A DNA stretch of 64,000 nucleotides from an uncultured cyanobacterium (GTDB lineage: Bacteria; Cyanobacteriota; Cyanobacteriia; Cyanobacteriales; CAWCAG01): the NCBI GenBank assembly GCA_963793425.1, contig CAWCAG010000005.1, positions 778,174 through 842,173 of the forward strand, read 5' to 3'. Of this stretch, positions 20,079 to 29,255 are shown in pieces; the first letter of the stretch is position 1; the number at the start of each line of letters is the position of its first letter. Under the pieces are notes generated by a model. That model saw only the letters and a list, made by a program, of their open reading frames with translations. It was not told the DNA's origin and searched no databases. A program made the position numbers and the translations under genes.

Positions 20079-20324
20079 ATGACTGTAGTTGTCAAACTAT
20101 TTGCTGCTTTTCAAGAAGCTTATAGTTCTTCGGAATTGCAACTTGAATTACCTTCAGAAACTACTGTATACGGAGTATTAGAAAGGTTAATTAAGGAACA
20201 TCCAGAATTGGAGAAATGGCGAAATTTAACTCGTTTTGGAGTCAATTTGCAATTTGTGGAACCCAATACTATTGTTCAGGATGGAGATGAAGTTGTACTC
20301 ATTCCTCCTGTAAGTGGTGGCTAA
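20079..20324 (+). CDS. moaD: MoaD/ThiS-family sulfur carrier (molybdopterin synthase small subunit)
   Basis: The ATG at 20079 (MTVVVKLFAAFQE) fits MoaD better than the track start at 20058. The C-terminus is ...IPPVSGG. Confidence 0.75.
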   Translation: MTVVVKLFAAFQEAYSSSELQLELPSETTVYGVLERLIKEHPELEKWRNLTRFGVNLQFVEPNTIVQDGDEVVLIPPVSGG

Positions 20325-20336
20325 TTTCATTGAACG

Positions 20337-20378
20337 TTAAACATTTAACCTTAATAGTAATAGTAAATGTTTAATTTT
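20337..20378 (+). terminator. AT-rich palindrome ttaaacattta / taaatgtttaa followed by TTTT
   Basis: Perfect 11-bp arms (20337-20347 and 20364-20374) between the convergent moaD and protease genes. The stem is weak because it is almost all A/T. Confidence 0.35.
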
Positions 20379-20427
20379 AAGTCCAAAGACAAGCATAAGC
20401 AAGAATGCTGTTTTATGTCTTTTGAAA

Positions 20428-21366
20428 TTAAAATTCGACTAAAATATTAGCTAAACGGCGATTACGAGCTACAGTAAGTACCATAGAATCAGGACGAGTA
20501 TTGAGGTAAGAAACTAACTGTCTGACATCTCGAAGGCGACGACGGTTAACTCCTACCAACTGATCTCCTGGTCTTAAACCGATGGAAGCGGCGACAGAAT
20601 TGCGTTCTACGGATTCGATAATCAAACTGGCTGCGTCAACAGAAATGCCTAAACGAGGTGCTTGAGAAGGGGCAGCAGCTACTTGTGGGGCGGTTCGATT
20701 GCGGTTTTGGGCGACAAATTGCTGTGCTTCTGTGGCGCTAGTAGCAAAGCCTATACCAATATTGCCTCTTCCCCCAGCACTGAGAATAGCTTTGTTAACA
20801 CCGATTAATTCTCCACGGGAATTCAACAAAGGGCCACCAGAGTTACCGGGGTTAATAGCAGCATCGGTTTGCAAATCACCATTTGGGGCAATGCGACTCA
20901 GGGTTCCTTGAGTAAAAGTTCCTGATAAACCAAAGGGGCTACCAATAGCATAAACTGTTTGACCAACTTTAATACTGTTGGCACTAGCAATGGGGATAGT
21001 GGGCAGGCGATCGCTAGTGTTTAAGCGTACTAAAGCCAGATCATTAGGACTATCAACAGCAATTACATTACCTTGGTATTCTTTACCTTCAGCAGCAATA
21101 ACTTTAACCACCCCTCGGTTGGCGTTTCTGATTACGTGTTCGTTGGTCAAAATCAGGCCTTCAGAACTAATAATACTGCCTGAACCTGCACCTCTACCAA
21201 CTTGAATTGTGACTACAGCAGGGCTAGCTTGATTATAAACATCAATACTAACTTGTTCATCACCGTTATACTGAGCAAGTAATCTGGGTTCAGAAGCTTC
21301 AGCTACCATAGGAATGGCAGCTAGACATAAGGAGAGGGCGTATACTGCGAAATTCTTGGGTTTCAT
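20428..21366 (-). CDS. HtrA/DegP-family (S1C) serine protease with C-terminal PDZ
   Basis: 312 aa with a signal peptide. The catalytic triad is seen as TNEHV, DLALV and GNSGGPLLN. A PDZ-like tail follows. Confidence 0.85.
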   Translation of the reverse strand: MKPKNFAVYALSLCLAAIPMVAEASEPRLLAQYNGDEQVSIDVYNQASPAVVTIQVGRGAGSGSIISSEGLILTNEHVIRNANRGVVKVIAAEGKEYQGNVIAVDSPNDLALVRLNTSDRLPTIPIASANSIKVGQTVYAIGSPFGLSGTFTQGTLSRIAPNGDLQTDAAINPGNSGGPLLNSRGELIGVNKAILSAGGRGNIGIGFATSATEAQQFVAQNRNRTAPQVAAAPSQAPRLGISVDAASLIIESVERNSVAASIGLRPGDQLVGVNRRRLRDVRQLVSYLNTRPDSMVLTVARNRRLANILVEF

Positions 21367-21609
21367 AGGTGCAGTAATTTAATTTGTGTGAGGGCTAGGA
21401 GTGATTAACTAATGTAGACGGGGCGAGAACAAAAGTGTTCCTGATTATAATTGATGAGTTAAAAACAAAAAAAGCTATTAACTATTAGTTTAAGGCAAAA
21501 ATATTTTCAATTAAACAAATAATACTAAGTTAGTAACTTATTATAGACCGAGCTATTGAAACTAATTTCTGCGATCGCTACAGTAGTGCAAAAGAGAGGT
21601 CAATAATAT

Positions 21610-22056
21610 TCAAGTCTTAACTAAAATAGAGCCCTCTTCCTCTTTCACTTCATAAGTTGGTAAAGGTTCTTGGGCAGGGCCTTTAAGTACTTCTCCATTA
21701 GGGGCAAACTTGGAACCATGACAAGGACAAACCAAATTCTTTGCCTCCCCGTCCCACTCAACAGTACAACCTTTGTGGGTACAGGCAGGACTAACAGCAG
21801 CTAGATTATTATCTTCACTACGAACAACAATTAAGTCATTTTTCTTTTGTAAAAGGTAGCCTGCTTGCTCTAACTCTGCTGTTGTTCCAGCTACCATAAA
21901 ACCATCTTCACGAAGTCCTTCAGTAGTAGGGGCTGCTTCAGGAGAAGTTTCGGTTTCAGCTTCTTCTGTCTCTGAGTTACAGGCGGCGATCGCAACGGGT
22001 AAAGAACTAGCTAAAATACCCACACTAACCCAACTTAAAAATTTACGACGTTCCAT
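21610..22056 (-). CDS. Tat-exported Rieske [2Fe-2S] protein (PetC3-like)
   Basis: 148 aa. Twin-arginine leader MERRKFLSW. Rieske boxes CTHKGCTV and CPCHGSKF. Confidence 0.85.
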   Translation of the reverse strand: MERRKFLSWVSVGILASSLPVAIAACNSETEEAETETSPEAAPTTEGLREDGFMVAGTTAELEQAGYLLQKKNDLIVVRSEDNNLAAVSPACTHKGCTVEWDGEAKNLVCPCHGSKFAPNGEVLKGPAQEPLPTYEVKEEEGSILVKT

Positions 22057-22083
22057 AATTGTTTCTTCTCTATTGGTTATTGT

Positions 22084-22995
22084 TCAACAACTAGTCTTTT
22101 CTATTTCAATTCCGTATTCAATTAATTGTTCTATATTTCCCTGAAGCTTTTTACATAAATCATCTAGAGGTAAATCGTTAGCATCTCTACCAAAAGGATT
22201 TTCGATTTCAATACCAATCGCTTCTACACCTAACAAAGCAAAACTTACTAAACCAACGGCTGGAATTGCTCCCCAACCTAAATCAGAGACGTAGGTAAAA
22301 GGCAAACCCAAACAGTAGATTAATAATAAGTGTCTTAAGTGAATAGAATAGGCTTTGGGTAAAGGGGTATTGAGAATTCGTTCGCAACCAATAAGTCCCT
22401 CACTTATCATATCTAAAGATTTATTCAATGTATCAAAAAAACGATCATTAATCAAACCTTCTTGATAATATATTTGACTAAAATAGTTTGCTAGCCAGTT
22501 ATTTATTCTCAGAGGTATATGAGTGACTTCTTCTAATTCTGAATACTGTTTGTTGTCAAGTAAATCAATAAGTTCAGCATTCAAATACTCTTTCCTTAAG
22601 TGAGTTTTAATTGCCACTATTAAAATGATAACTAATCTAATTTGCTTAATCTTCTCCCTTTGTTCTTCTTTTGTTTTAGCTGGAACAATAAACCAGATAT
22701 TTCTAGATAATATTCTACTATTATTGAGCAAACTGCCAAAAAGCTTTCTTCCTTCCCAATATCTGTCATAGGCGGTGTTTGTTCTAAAAACAATAAGTAA
22801 TCCTAAAACAATGGTGGGAATCAAAGTATTAATGATGGGCCTATCTACTGACCATCCTTCATAATAAGCAACAGTAACGAGGGCAGCAAAAATCATTGTT
22901 CCAGCTACCCGCCTCCAAATTGTCGGAATAACTGAACTTTTTAAATCGATTGCTAACCTGAACCAGGTAAACCACTTTTTTTGAGCAGAGGACAT
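22084..22995 (-). CDS. bestrophin-family (UPF0187) anion channel
   Basis: 303 aa. The hallmark VFRTNTAYDRYWEGRK plus 4 TM segments. Confidence 0.8.
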   Translation of the reverse strand: MSSAQKKWFTWFRLAIDLKSSVIPTIWRRVAGTMIFAALVTVAYYEGWSVDRPIINTLIPTIVLGLLIVFRTNTAYDRYWEGRKLFGSLLNNSRILSRNIWFIVPAKTKEEQREKIKQIRLVIILIVAIKTHLRKEYLNAELIDLLDNKQYSELEEVTHIPLRINNWLANYFSQIYYQEGLINDRFFDTLNKSLDMISEGLIGCERILNTPLPKAYSIHLRHLLLIYCLGLPFTYVSDLGWGAIPAVGLVSFALLGVEAIGIEIENPFGRDANDLPLDDLCKKLQGNIEQLIEYGIEIEKTSC

Positions 22996-23018
22996 ATTGT
23001 ATCTATTTGAAAATTGCT

Positions 23019-23348
23019 TTAAATCTTATTTGCTAAGTTTAAGTTATCTAATTCTTGCCAGAGAATATTAATAAATTCTTCTGTATTTTTTAGTTTCATT
23101 TCACCAAATGCTGCTAGTTCTTCAGGACTATATTGATGATCTTCTCCCATAACTTCCTGAATCCAATAGGGTAAATCGGTAGGATTCTCAATAAACATTT
23201 GGCTAATTTTTACGGCATCTTTACCTAAAGTTGTACCATCAAATGTTGTTGCTAAGCAAAACTTTAGTAACTTGGCTAAATTGCTTTGGGGGGGGATAGA
23301 AATTAAAAAAGCCATGTATTGAGCTAATGCAGATTTTGATAGGCTCAT
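23019..23348 (-). CDS. hypothetical protein
   Basis: 109-aa ORF packed tightly between the globin fusion and the bestrophin gene on the same strand. No family recognised. Confidence 0.5.
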   Translation of the reverse strand: MSLSKSALAQYMAFLISIPPQSNLAKLLKFCLATTFDGTTLGKDAVKISQMFIENPTDLPYWIQEVMGEDHQYSPEELAAFGEMKLKNTEEFINILWQELDNLNLANKI

Positions 23349-23407
23349 TGAAATTGCTCTCCATTATTAATTACTTGGTTTCCTATAAACAATGGTTAAA
23401 TAAACCA

Positions 23408-23797
23408 TCACGAATGTATAGAACCATCGGGCATGATAGCTCCTTTAAGATAAGCTTTTCGTAAATCAAATTCGTTTACCTTAGCATTTTTCAGGTTAGC
23501 ACCAGTTAAGTAAGTATTGTTAAGATCAGCACCGCTTAGATTAGCATGACTAAGATTCGTACCGCTTAAATTAGCATCTCTTAAATCAGCACAAACCAAA
23601 TTAGCATAACTTAAATTAGCGCTGCTAAGGTTGGTGTAACTTAATTTAGCAAAACCTAAGTTAGTACGCTCTAAATTAGCCCCAGTAAAGTTGACACGAG
23701 CTAAAAGAGCATTACCTAAGTTGGCATGACTAAGATTTGCATTGCTGAGATTAGTTTTAGTTAAATTCGCATCACTAAGAATCAGCTTTAGGTAAGT
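23408..23797 (-). other. pentapeptide-repeat coding segment, shifted one frame from the upstream globin ORF (probable 3' part of the same gene)
   Basis: The frame is open from 23797 to the stop at 23408. It encodes ...LSDANLTKTNLSNANLSHANLGNALLARVNFTGANLERTNL...ADLRDANLSGTNLSHANLSGADL.... No plausible ATG start exists; the track used an internal TTG. Confidence 0.7.
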
Positions 23798-25244
23798 TTA
23801 TTTTAGCTAAATCCGCATTAGGAGCAGTCAATCCTTTTAAGGTAACTCCATCTTCATTCAAATCTTGCAAAGCCAAAATTCTCGCATAGCTAACCTTAAC
23901 TCCAGTAGCATTATCTACTGTACTCCAAGCTTGATAGTGAAATTCTTTTTTGCGATCAGGTGTTTCTTTGATATATAAAACCAAGGCAACTAAAAGGCTA
24001 ATTGCATCTGCACCTTCTAAAAGTTCTGCTAGTAATGTTTCGTCATCCGCAGCTAGATATAAAAACGATAACAAAAAAGCTGAACCAACTGCCACAGCCC
24101 AGGTAGGTAAAGACCAAAATTTTTCTAAGAGTTTATCTAATATTAATTTAAGAAAAGAATCAAGGGAAGGAATTTTTTCTTGTTGTCGTTCCTTACTCCT
24201 CTTAAACTTCACCTTAAGATTATTAAAGGCTATTAAAGGCTTTTTAACAGCAAATTTTATTTTAAGTTTATCAAAAGCTACCAAAGGTTTTTTACTAGTG
24301 ACTTTACCCTCTTGCGGAGTTTTGCTAATAGTAGTTCCTTTTGCACCTTCAAGCATCATTTTGGTAACGGTGTTGTAGGTTTCTAACCAAGCTTGTTGAA
24401 CTTCATTTGTCCAATCTTCTTGTAGATAATCAGAGAAGGTTTGTAAGAGAACTTCCCCCACTAAAGGATAATACTTGGGTAATGTACCGTATTCTTTATG
24501 TCTCGACCCTAAATCAGTAAGAATCTGTCTTAATAATTCTGGTTGCCGTAAACTTTCTACTAACAAAACTAAAGAATTAAGAAACTTTTTTTCTTGCTTA
24601 ATAACATCAGTTTTGGCAAAGAGTTTTTCTGTTTCTGGATGGGCAGTAAATAAATTTTGATAAAAGCTAGCAACAAAAGCTTCGGCTTGAGGTTTTATGC
24701 CCTCAAAGCTTTGTTCAACAAGTTCGATTTGGCTCTTCTGAGATGATACAGGAGTTATTACTTTATCTGGTTTAATTGCTTGAGGTTTTGGGGCAATTTC
24801 TTCTGGAGTTAAGGTAATCTCCGATTGAGGTGCTACATCTACTCCTGCACCTTCAAGCATCATTTTAGTAGCAGTATTGTAGGTTTCTAACCAAGCTTGT
24901 TGAACTTCATTTGTCCAATCTTCTTGTAGATAATCAGAGAAGGTTTGTAAGAGAACTTCCCCCACTAAAGGATAATACTTGGGTAATGTACCGTATTCTT
25001 TATGTCTCGACCCTAAATCAGTAAGAATCTGTTTTAATAATTCTGGTTGCCGTAAAGTTTCTACTAACAAAACTAAAGAATTAAGCAGCTTTTTCTCCTG
25101 CTTATTCATATCAGTTTTAGCAAAGAGTTTTTCTGTTTCTGGATAAGCAACAAAGAGATTTTGGTAGAAGCTAGCGACAAAAGCTTCAGCTTGAGGTTTG
25201 ATTCGCTCAAAGCTTTGTTCAACAAGTTCAATTTCTAAAGACAT
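23775..25244 (-). CDS. tandem globin - globin - TM - (pentapeptide) fusion protein, truncated by a frameshift
   Basis: 489 aa. Two 129-aa 3/3-globin domains (FYQNLF.AYPETEKLF, KQEKK, GSRHKEYG, YYPLVGEVLL, QQAWLETY) aligned by eye to Vitreoscilla/flavohaemoglobin-type globins. Two TM helices follow, then YQAWSTVDNATG...ILALQDLNEDGVTLKGL, the usual lead-in to cyanobacterial membrane pentapeptide proteins. Confidence 0.8.
   Translation of the reverse strand: MSLEIELVEQSFERIKPQAEAFVASFYQNLFVAYPETEKLFAKTDMNKQEKKLLNSLVLLVETLRQPELLKQILTDLGSRHKEYGTLPKYYPLVGEVLLQTFSDYLQEDWTNEVQQAWLETYNTATKMMLEGAGVDVAPQSEITLTPEEIAPKPQAIKPDKVITPVSSQKSQIELVEQSFEGIKPQAEAFVASFYQNLFTAHPETEKLFAKTDVIKQEKKFLNSLVLLVESLRQPELLRQILTDLGSRHKEYGTLPKYYPLVGEVLLQTFSDYLQEDWTNEVQQAWLETYNTVTKMMLEGAKGTTISKTPQEGKVTSKKPLVAFDKLKIKFAVKKPLIAFNNLKVKFKRSKERQQEKIPSLDSFLKLILDKLLEKFWSLPTWAVAVGSAFLLSFLYLAADDETLLAELLEGADAISLLVALVLYIKETPDRKKEFHYQAWSTVDNATGVKVSYARILALQDLNEDGVTLKGLTAPNADLAKINLPKADS
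24342..25232 (-). repeat. tandem duplication of the globin module (24342-24728 and 24846-25232, period 504 nt)
   Basis: The two copies are about 92% identical at the protein level. A 156-nt stretch is identical at the DNA level (24373-24528 = 24877-25032). Confidence 0.9.
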
Positions 25245-25438
25245 TATTTGAAAATAATTAACACTATAACTTTGTATTCTTTTTCAGAACAGTATCAGTA
25301 GTTACAGTTCTTTTATCCATTGAACTAGGATTTTAATTGAGTTGCTTATCAGTAATTGTCGTTAAACAGCGATTTCTCTACTAAAATTAATAACAGAGGG
25401 AATATAGAATTAGTAGCTTTAGTGGTAGTAGTATCAAA

Positions 25439-25837
25439 ATGTTTGGTAAATTTCAACAAAGCAATATTCGTATAGAAGTAGAAGCACCAGCAAAAGTAAT
25501 TGGTGCTAGTCTCTTGCAACCTGCTAAATTGAGCAAGTGGCTTTTTCCTCAGCGTTTAGAATCGGGAATGCCAGAAAAGTTAGTTTCTGGCTTAAACTTT
25601 ACTAGTTGGACAGGGCCGGTAACTGTCCAACACCAAGTAGAAATAGCCAGCCCTAATTGCTTACGCCTGCTATTAAGCAAAGGTATTGATGGCTATCACG
25701 AATGGTACTGGGGAGAAGGTTGGGTACAATCTCGCTTAGAAGGAATTTCCTACCTACCCTTAAATCTTGGTCAAACCCTTAGCTTAGTTAAATTGCGTCA
25801 ATTCCTAACTTGGGAACAGGGAAAATTCAGTAAATAA
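25439..25837 (+). CDS. hypothetical protein (possibly SRPBCC-like)
   Basis: 132-aa ORF. No diagnostic motif recognised. Confidence 0.5.
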   Translation: MFGKFQQSNIRIEVEAPAKVIGASLLQPAKLSKWLFPQRLESGMPEKLVSGLNFTSWTGPVTVQHQVEIASPNCLRLLLSKGIDGYHEWYWGEGWVQSRLEGISYLPLNLGQTLSLVKLRQFLTWEQGKFSK

Positions 25838-25869
25838 GTAACAAGCGATACCAAAAGTAGACTCAATTA

Positions 25870-26502
25870 TTACTGACTTAACCAAGAAATAGCGCTTTTG
25901 ATCCATTCTTCTGGTTTAGGGTTTTTAAGTAGTTGATTGTCCTTACTTAAAGCAGACAATGCTTGGTCAATTTCTTCATTACTATAACCCAAAGCCAAAA
26001 GAGTCATTTCTACATCTTCTTGGATTTGTACTGAGGGGGTAGCCGCTAAACCTGTGGTAGTAATTCCTGTCATTTGTCGCCATTGAGACAACTTGGTTTT
26101 CAACTCTAAGGCGATACGTTCAGCAGTTTTTTTGCCTACACCAGGGGTTTTAGCTAAGGAGCGAATATTAGTTGTGACGATCGCTTGGACTAAATCTGTC
26201 AAACCTAAAGTATCAATTAAGGCGATCGCTAATTGCGCCCCAATGCCATTAACGCTGATTAGATGCCGAAACAAGTCTCTTTCCGCCCCAGAAGCGAAAC
26301 CGTAGAGGATAGGTTGTTCTTCCCGTACTTGTAGGTGAGTAAAGACTTGTACTGCTTCTTCTTTGCCTACTGGTAATTGTCGGGCAAAACGAGAAGTCGT
26401 TTGAATCTCGTAACCCATTTGGTTAACTTCCATAACCAAGATAACTTTGTTGGTAGTGGTTTTAACCACCTCTATGGCTTGCCCTTTAAGATAGCTGATC
26501 AT
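25870..26502 (-). CDS. ruvA: Holliday junction DNA helicase RuvA
   Basis: 210 aa. MISYLKG..., HhH motifs (VNGIGAQLA, TPGVGKKTAERI) and a C-terminal domain III. Confidence 0.9.
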   Translation of the reverse strand: MISYLKGQAIEVVKTTTNKVILVMEVNQMGYEIQTTSRFARQLPVGKEEAVQVFTHLQVREEQPILYGFASGAERDLFRHLISVNGIGAQLAIALIDTLGLTDLVQAIVTTNIRSLAKTPGVGKKTAERIALELKTKLSQWRQMTGITTTGLAATPSVQIQEDVEMTLLALGYSNEEIDQALSALSKDNQLLKNPKPEEWIKSAISWLSQ

Positions 26503-26685
26503 TAAGATTGATGGTTAAGGAAATTGCTGATGTTTAATCTTTTTACCATTCCCAGTACAGCTTTTCCACATCAAAGATGATTTCTTCCCTAACCCAGATA
26601 CTTGATGTTGCTGAAGAGGAATTGGGTTTGGGGAATCTGGGGGGAAATCTACTGATTACTTTCTCCTGATCTTCTCACCGCCTAT

Positions 26686-27462
26686 CTATAACTGAGGAGG
26701 ATAAGTTACTTCTTGAATTTGACCAAGTTTACCTAACTTCTTGGCTTTGTTTTGGTTATAAGCTACCAAAACCCCCCCGGCATTACCAGCAAGAAGAGTA
26801 ATACTCTCTTGGGCTTCCCAGGTGTGCTTTTTACCCTCTTTAACTGTCCCCTCAAACTTGGTTTTGCCATCTGCTACTACCCGTAACCAAGATTGATCCT
26901 CAACTGTCACATCCAATGTCACTGGTTGGTTTTGAACATCTTCTGATTGTTTTTTGTCTAGTTTAGATAGTCCTGATGTTTTTTTTGTATGAGTATCCTT
27001 TTGCTTATACCTAGCTGCTTCTTTTTTCTCCGGCTTTTGGTTATCTGCTACAGCTTGGGAATAATCCATATAGTTAGATACACTACTAACTGTGCCAACT
27101 ACCACAGCTACATAAAGAGCATACCAATGAACAGGACGGATTCTTAGCTTAGGGAAACGTCCCAAAGAAGGCTTGAGGAACTGAAAGTTAGAATCTTCAG
27201 GAAAATCCTTAGCCATTTTAGTGCCATTTAAACCCAAATGGTCGCCAAATTGCTTCAGCAATCCTTGAATATAAACTGATTCTGGTAATGCTGCTCTATT
27301 TCCTTCCTCAATTGCCCTCAGCAAACGTTCAGGAATCAAAGTTTTCCTGGCTACATCTTCTAAAGATAAAAACTTAGCCTCACGAGCCTGCTGTAGGCGA
27401 GAACCAAACTGCTTAAGCTTGTCAAGTTGTTCTTGGCAAAGATGAGCTTTATTCTCCTTCAT
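26686..27462 (-). CDS. rodZ: RodZ-like protein (HTH - TM - DUF4115)
   Basis: 258 aa. N-terminal XRE-type HTH, a single TM (WYALYVAVVVGTV) and a C-terminal beta-rich domain (SWLRVVADGKTKFEGT...). Confidence 0.65.
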   Translation of the reverse strand: MKENKAHLCQEQLDKLKQFGSRLQQAREAKFLSLEDVARKTLIPERLLRAIEEGNRAALPESVYIQGLLKQFGDHLGLNGTKMAKDFPEDSNFQFLKPSLGRFPKLRIRPVHWYALYVAVVVGTVSSVSNYMDYSQAVADNQKPEKKEAARYKQKDTHTKKTSGLSKLDKKQSEDVQNQPVTLDVTVEDQSWLRVVADGKTKFEGTVKEGKKHTWEAQESITLLAGNAGGVLVAYNQNKAKKLGKLGQIQEVTYPPQL

Positions 27463-28279
27463 ACATTAAATTCTCCTGGATGTCTTCTGGCGCTCTTGGT
27501 GATGTTAGATGCACTCTTTTTTGGAGAAAACGAATTTCAAATTCTTTAAGAAAACGATGGTTACCGCTAGACAAAATAGGTTCATTGTTATCTTGTAACC
27601 TAATTGGGCCAATTGCTGTGCGGTGAAGTTTAGTTACTTCAAACCCAAGTTGCTCAGCAACACGGCGAATCTGTCGGTTTCTCCCTTCAGTTAGGACTAC
27701 TTCTAAAAGAGTTTTGTTACTTACTTGCTTGAGAATTTCTACCCTAGCGGGTAAAGTTTTTTTCCCAGCGAGAATAACACCCTTACGCCAAGTTGCCAAT
27801 ACTGATTCTGGAGGATGGGAATTTACCCAAACATGATAAGTTTTAGGCAAATGATAGCGGGGGTGAGTTAAGCATAAAGTTAATGCTCCGTCATTAGTTA
27901 GCAGTAATGCCCCTGTAGATTCTACATCCAAACGTCCTACCGGATGAATGCCTTGTTCGCCCCTAAGCTTAGGGGGTAAAAAATCCAGTATAATAGGGCG
28001 ATCTTGGGGGTCGCTACAAGTCGTTACCACCCCGATAGGCTTGTTGAGCAGAAGGTAAACTGGTTGAGGGCGTTCAGCAAATTTGATGACTTTCCCGTCA
28101 ACCTTAAGTTTATCTTTTCTCAAATCAGCTTTCTGCCCTAATTGAACTACCCGATCGTTAAGGTACACTCGCCCAGAGAGGATCATTTGCTCTGCTTGTC
28201 GTCGCGAAGCAATCCCCCACTGGGATAAAATTTTTTGTACCCTTTCTACTCTGGGTTTTTCTAGCATCTCTTGTTTCAC
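27449..28279 (-). CDS. pseudouridine synthase, RsuA/RluB family (S4 + PseudoU_synth_2)
   Basis: 276 aa. S4 domain (RVQKILSQWGIASRRQAE) and catalytic GRLDVESTGALLLTNDG. Its 3' end overlaps the rodZ-like start by 14 nt. Confidence 0.85.
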   Translation of the reverse strand: MKQEMLEKPRVERVQKILSQWGIASRRQAEQMILSGRVYLNDRVVQLGQKADLRKDKLKVDGKVIKFAERPQPVYLLLNKPIGVVTTCSDPQDRPIILDFLPPKLRGEQGIHPVGRLDVESTGALLLTNDGALTLCLTHPRYHLPKTYHVWVNSHPPESVLATWRKGVILAGKKTLPARVEILKQVSNKTLLEVVLTEGRNRQIRRVAEQLGFEVTKLHRTAIGPIRLQDNNEPILSSGNHRFLKEFEIRFLQKRVHLTSPRAPEDIQENLMYEGE

Positions 28280-28508
28280 GCCATAAAGGGCGACTTGCCC
28301 TCATAATTTAGCTGAAGTTACTATTAACACTATGTAAGAATATTACAAAATCTGAAGAAAAAAAACTAAGGGCTGGTAAAAATCACTCTGATTTGACCAA
28401 ATAGCTAAAGTTTTGGGGATTTTCGATTAGTGATTGGTATTTCTATAGTTGGTATTTTGTATTACATATAACTTCCTCATTATTCCCTAAGAAATTCCTA
28501 TTGTTTAG

Positions 28509-29225
28509 ATGAAAAGCAAATCTTCCCAGTCTTTGATTAGCCAAGTTCTCTCTCCGGCTTTAAAACTATGGCTAGCAACTCAAGTAGAAGAAATAGCCAA
28601 ATTACAAATTAATATTTCCGGGAGCAATCGCCAAATTATAGGTGGTTACATTCCTAGAGTATCGCTAAAATGCGATCGCGCTATTTATCAAGGTTTGCAC
28701 TTAAGCCAAGCTGAACTGCAGGGTGAGAATATTCGTATTAATATAGGTCAAGTTATTAAGGGTAAACCCCTTCAATTACTAGAACCGATAGTAGTTACAG
28801 GAAAAGTTCTACTAGAGGAAAAAGATTTACAAGCTTCTTTGTCAGCAAACTTACTATCTGCTGCTTTAGCCAATTTACTTCCCTTATTTATTGCTGCTAG
28901 TCAAGAGCAATCCTCAAAGAAATTGTGGAAGGATAAGAGACTTAACTGGCAGGAAATAAAAATAGATGCGGGGAAATTAACCCTAAGAGGCACTTGTCAG
29001 GACGCTGAAGCCAAAGAAATGCCTATTTCGCTGTGTACCGGCTTAGATTTGACAAGTCCTCATGAATTGTCCCTTAGCCCTATTTCAATTGAAACACCAG
29101 AATTGGACTGTATCAGTATTAATAACTACAAAGTCGATTTGGGTGAACAAGTCCATCTTGAAGAATTAAAAGTAACTCCAGGTCAAGTTTTTTGTCGGGG
29201 AAGCTTGACGGTTATTAGTGACTAG
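28509..29225 (+). CDS. hypothetical protein, DUF2993-like
   Basis: 238-aa ORF. The N-terminal region resembles the DUF2993 (LmeA-like) family. This is a weak call made by eye. Confidence 0.45.
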   Translation: MKSKSSQSLISQVLSPALKLWLATQVEEIAKLQINISGSNRQIIGGYIPRVSLKCDRAIYQGLHLSQAELQGENIRINIGQVIKGKPLQLLEPIVVTGKVLLEEKDLQASLSANLLSAALANLLPLFIAASQEQSSKKLWKDKRLNWQEIKIDAGKLTLRGTCQDAEAKEMPISLCTGLDLTSPHELSLSPISIETPELDCISINNYKVDLGEQVHLEELKVTPGQVFCRGSLTVISD

Positions 29226-29255
29226 CGGGGGGATTGGGGAGCTGGGTAGAAAAGA

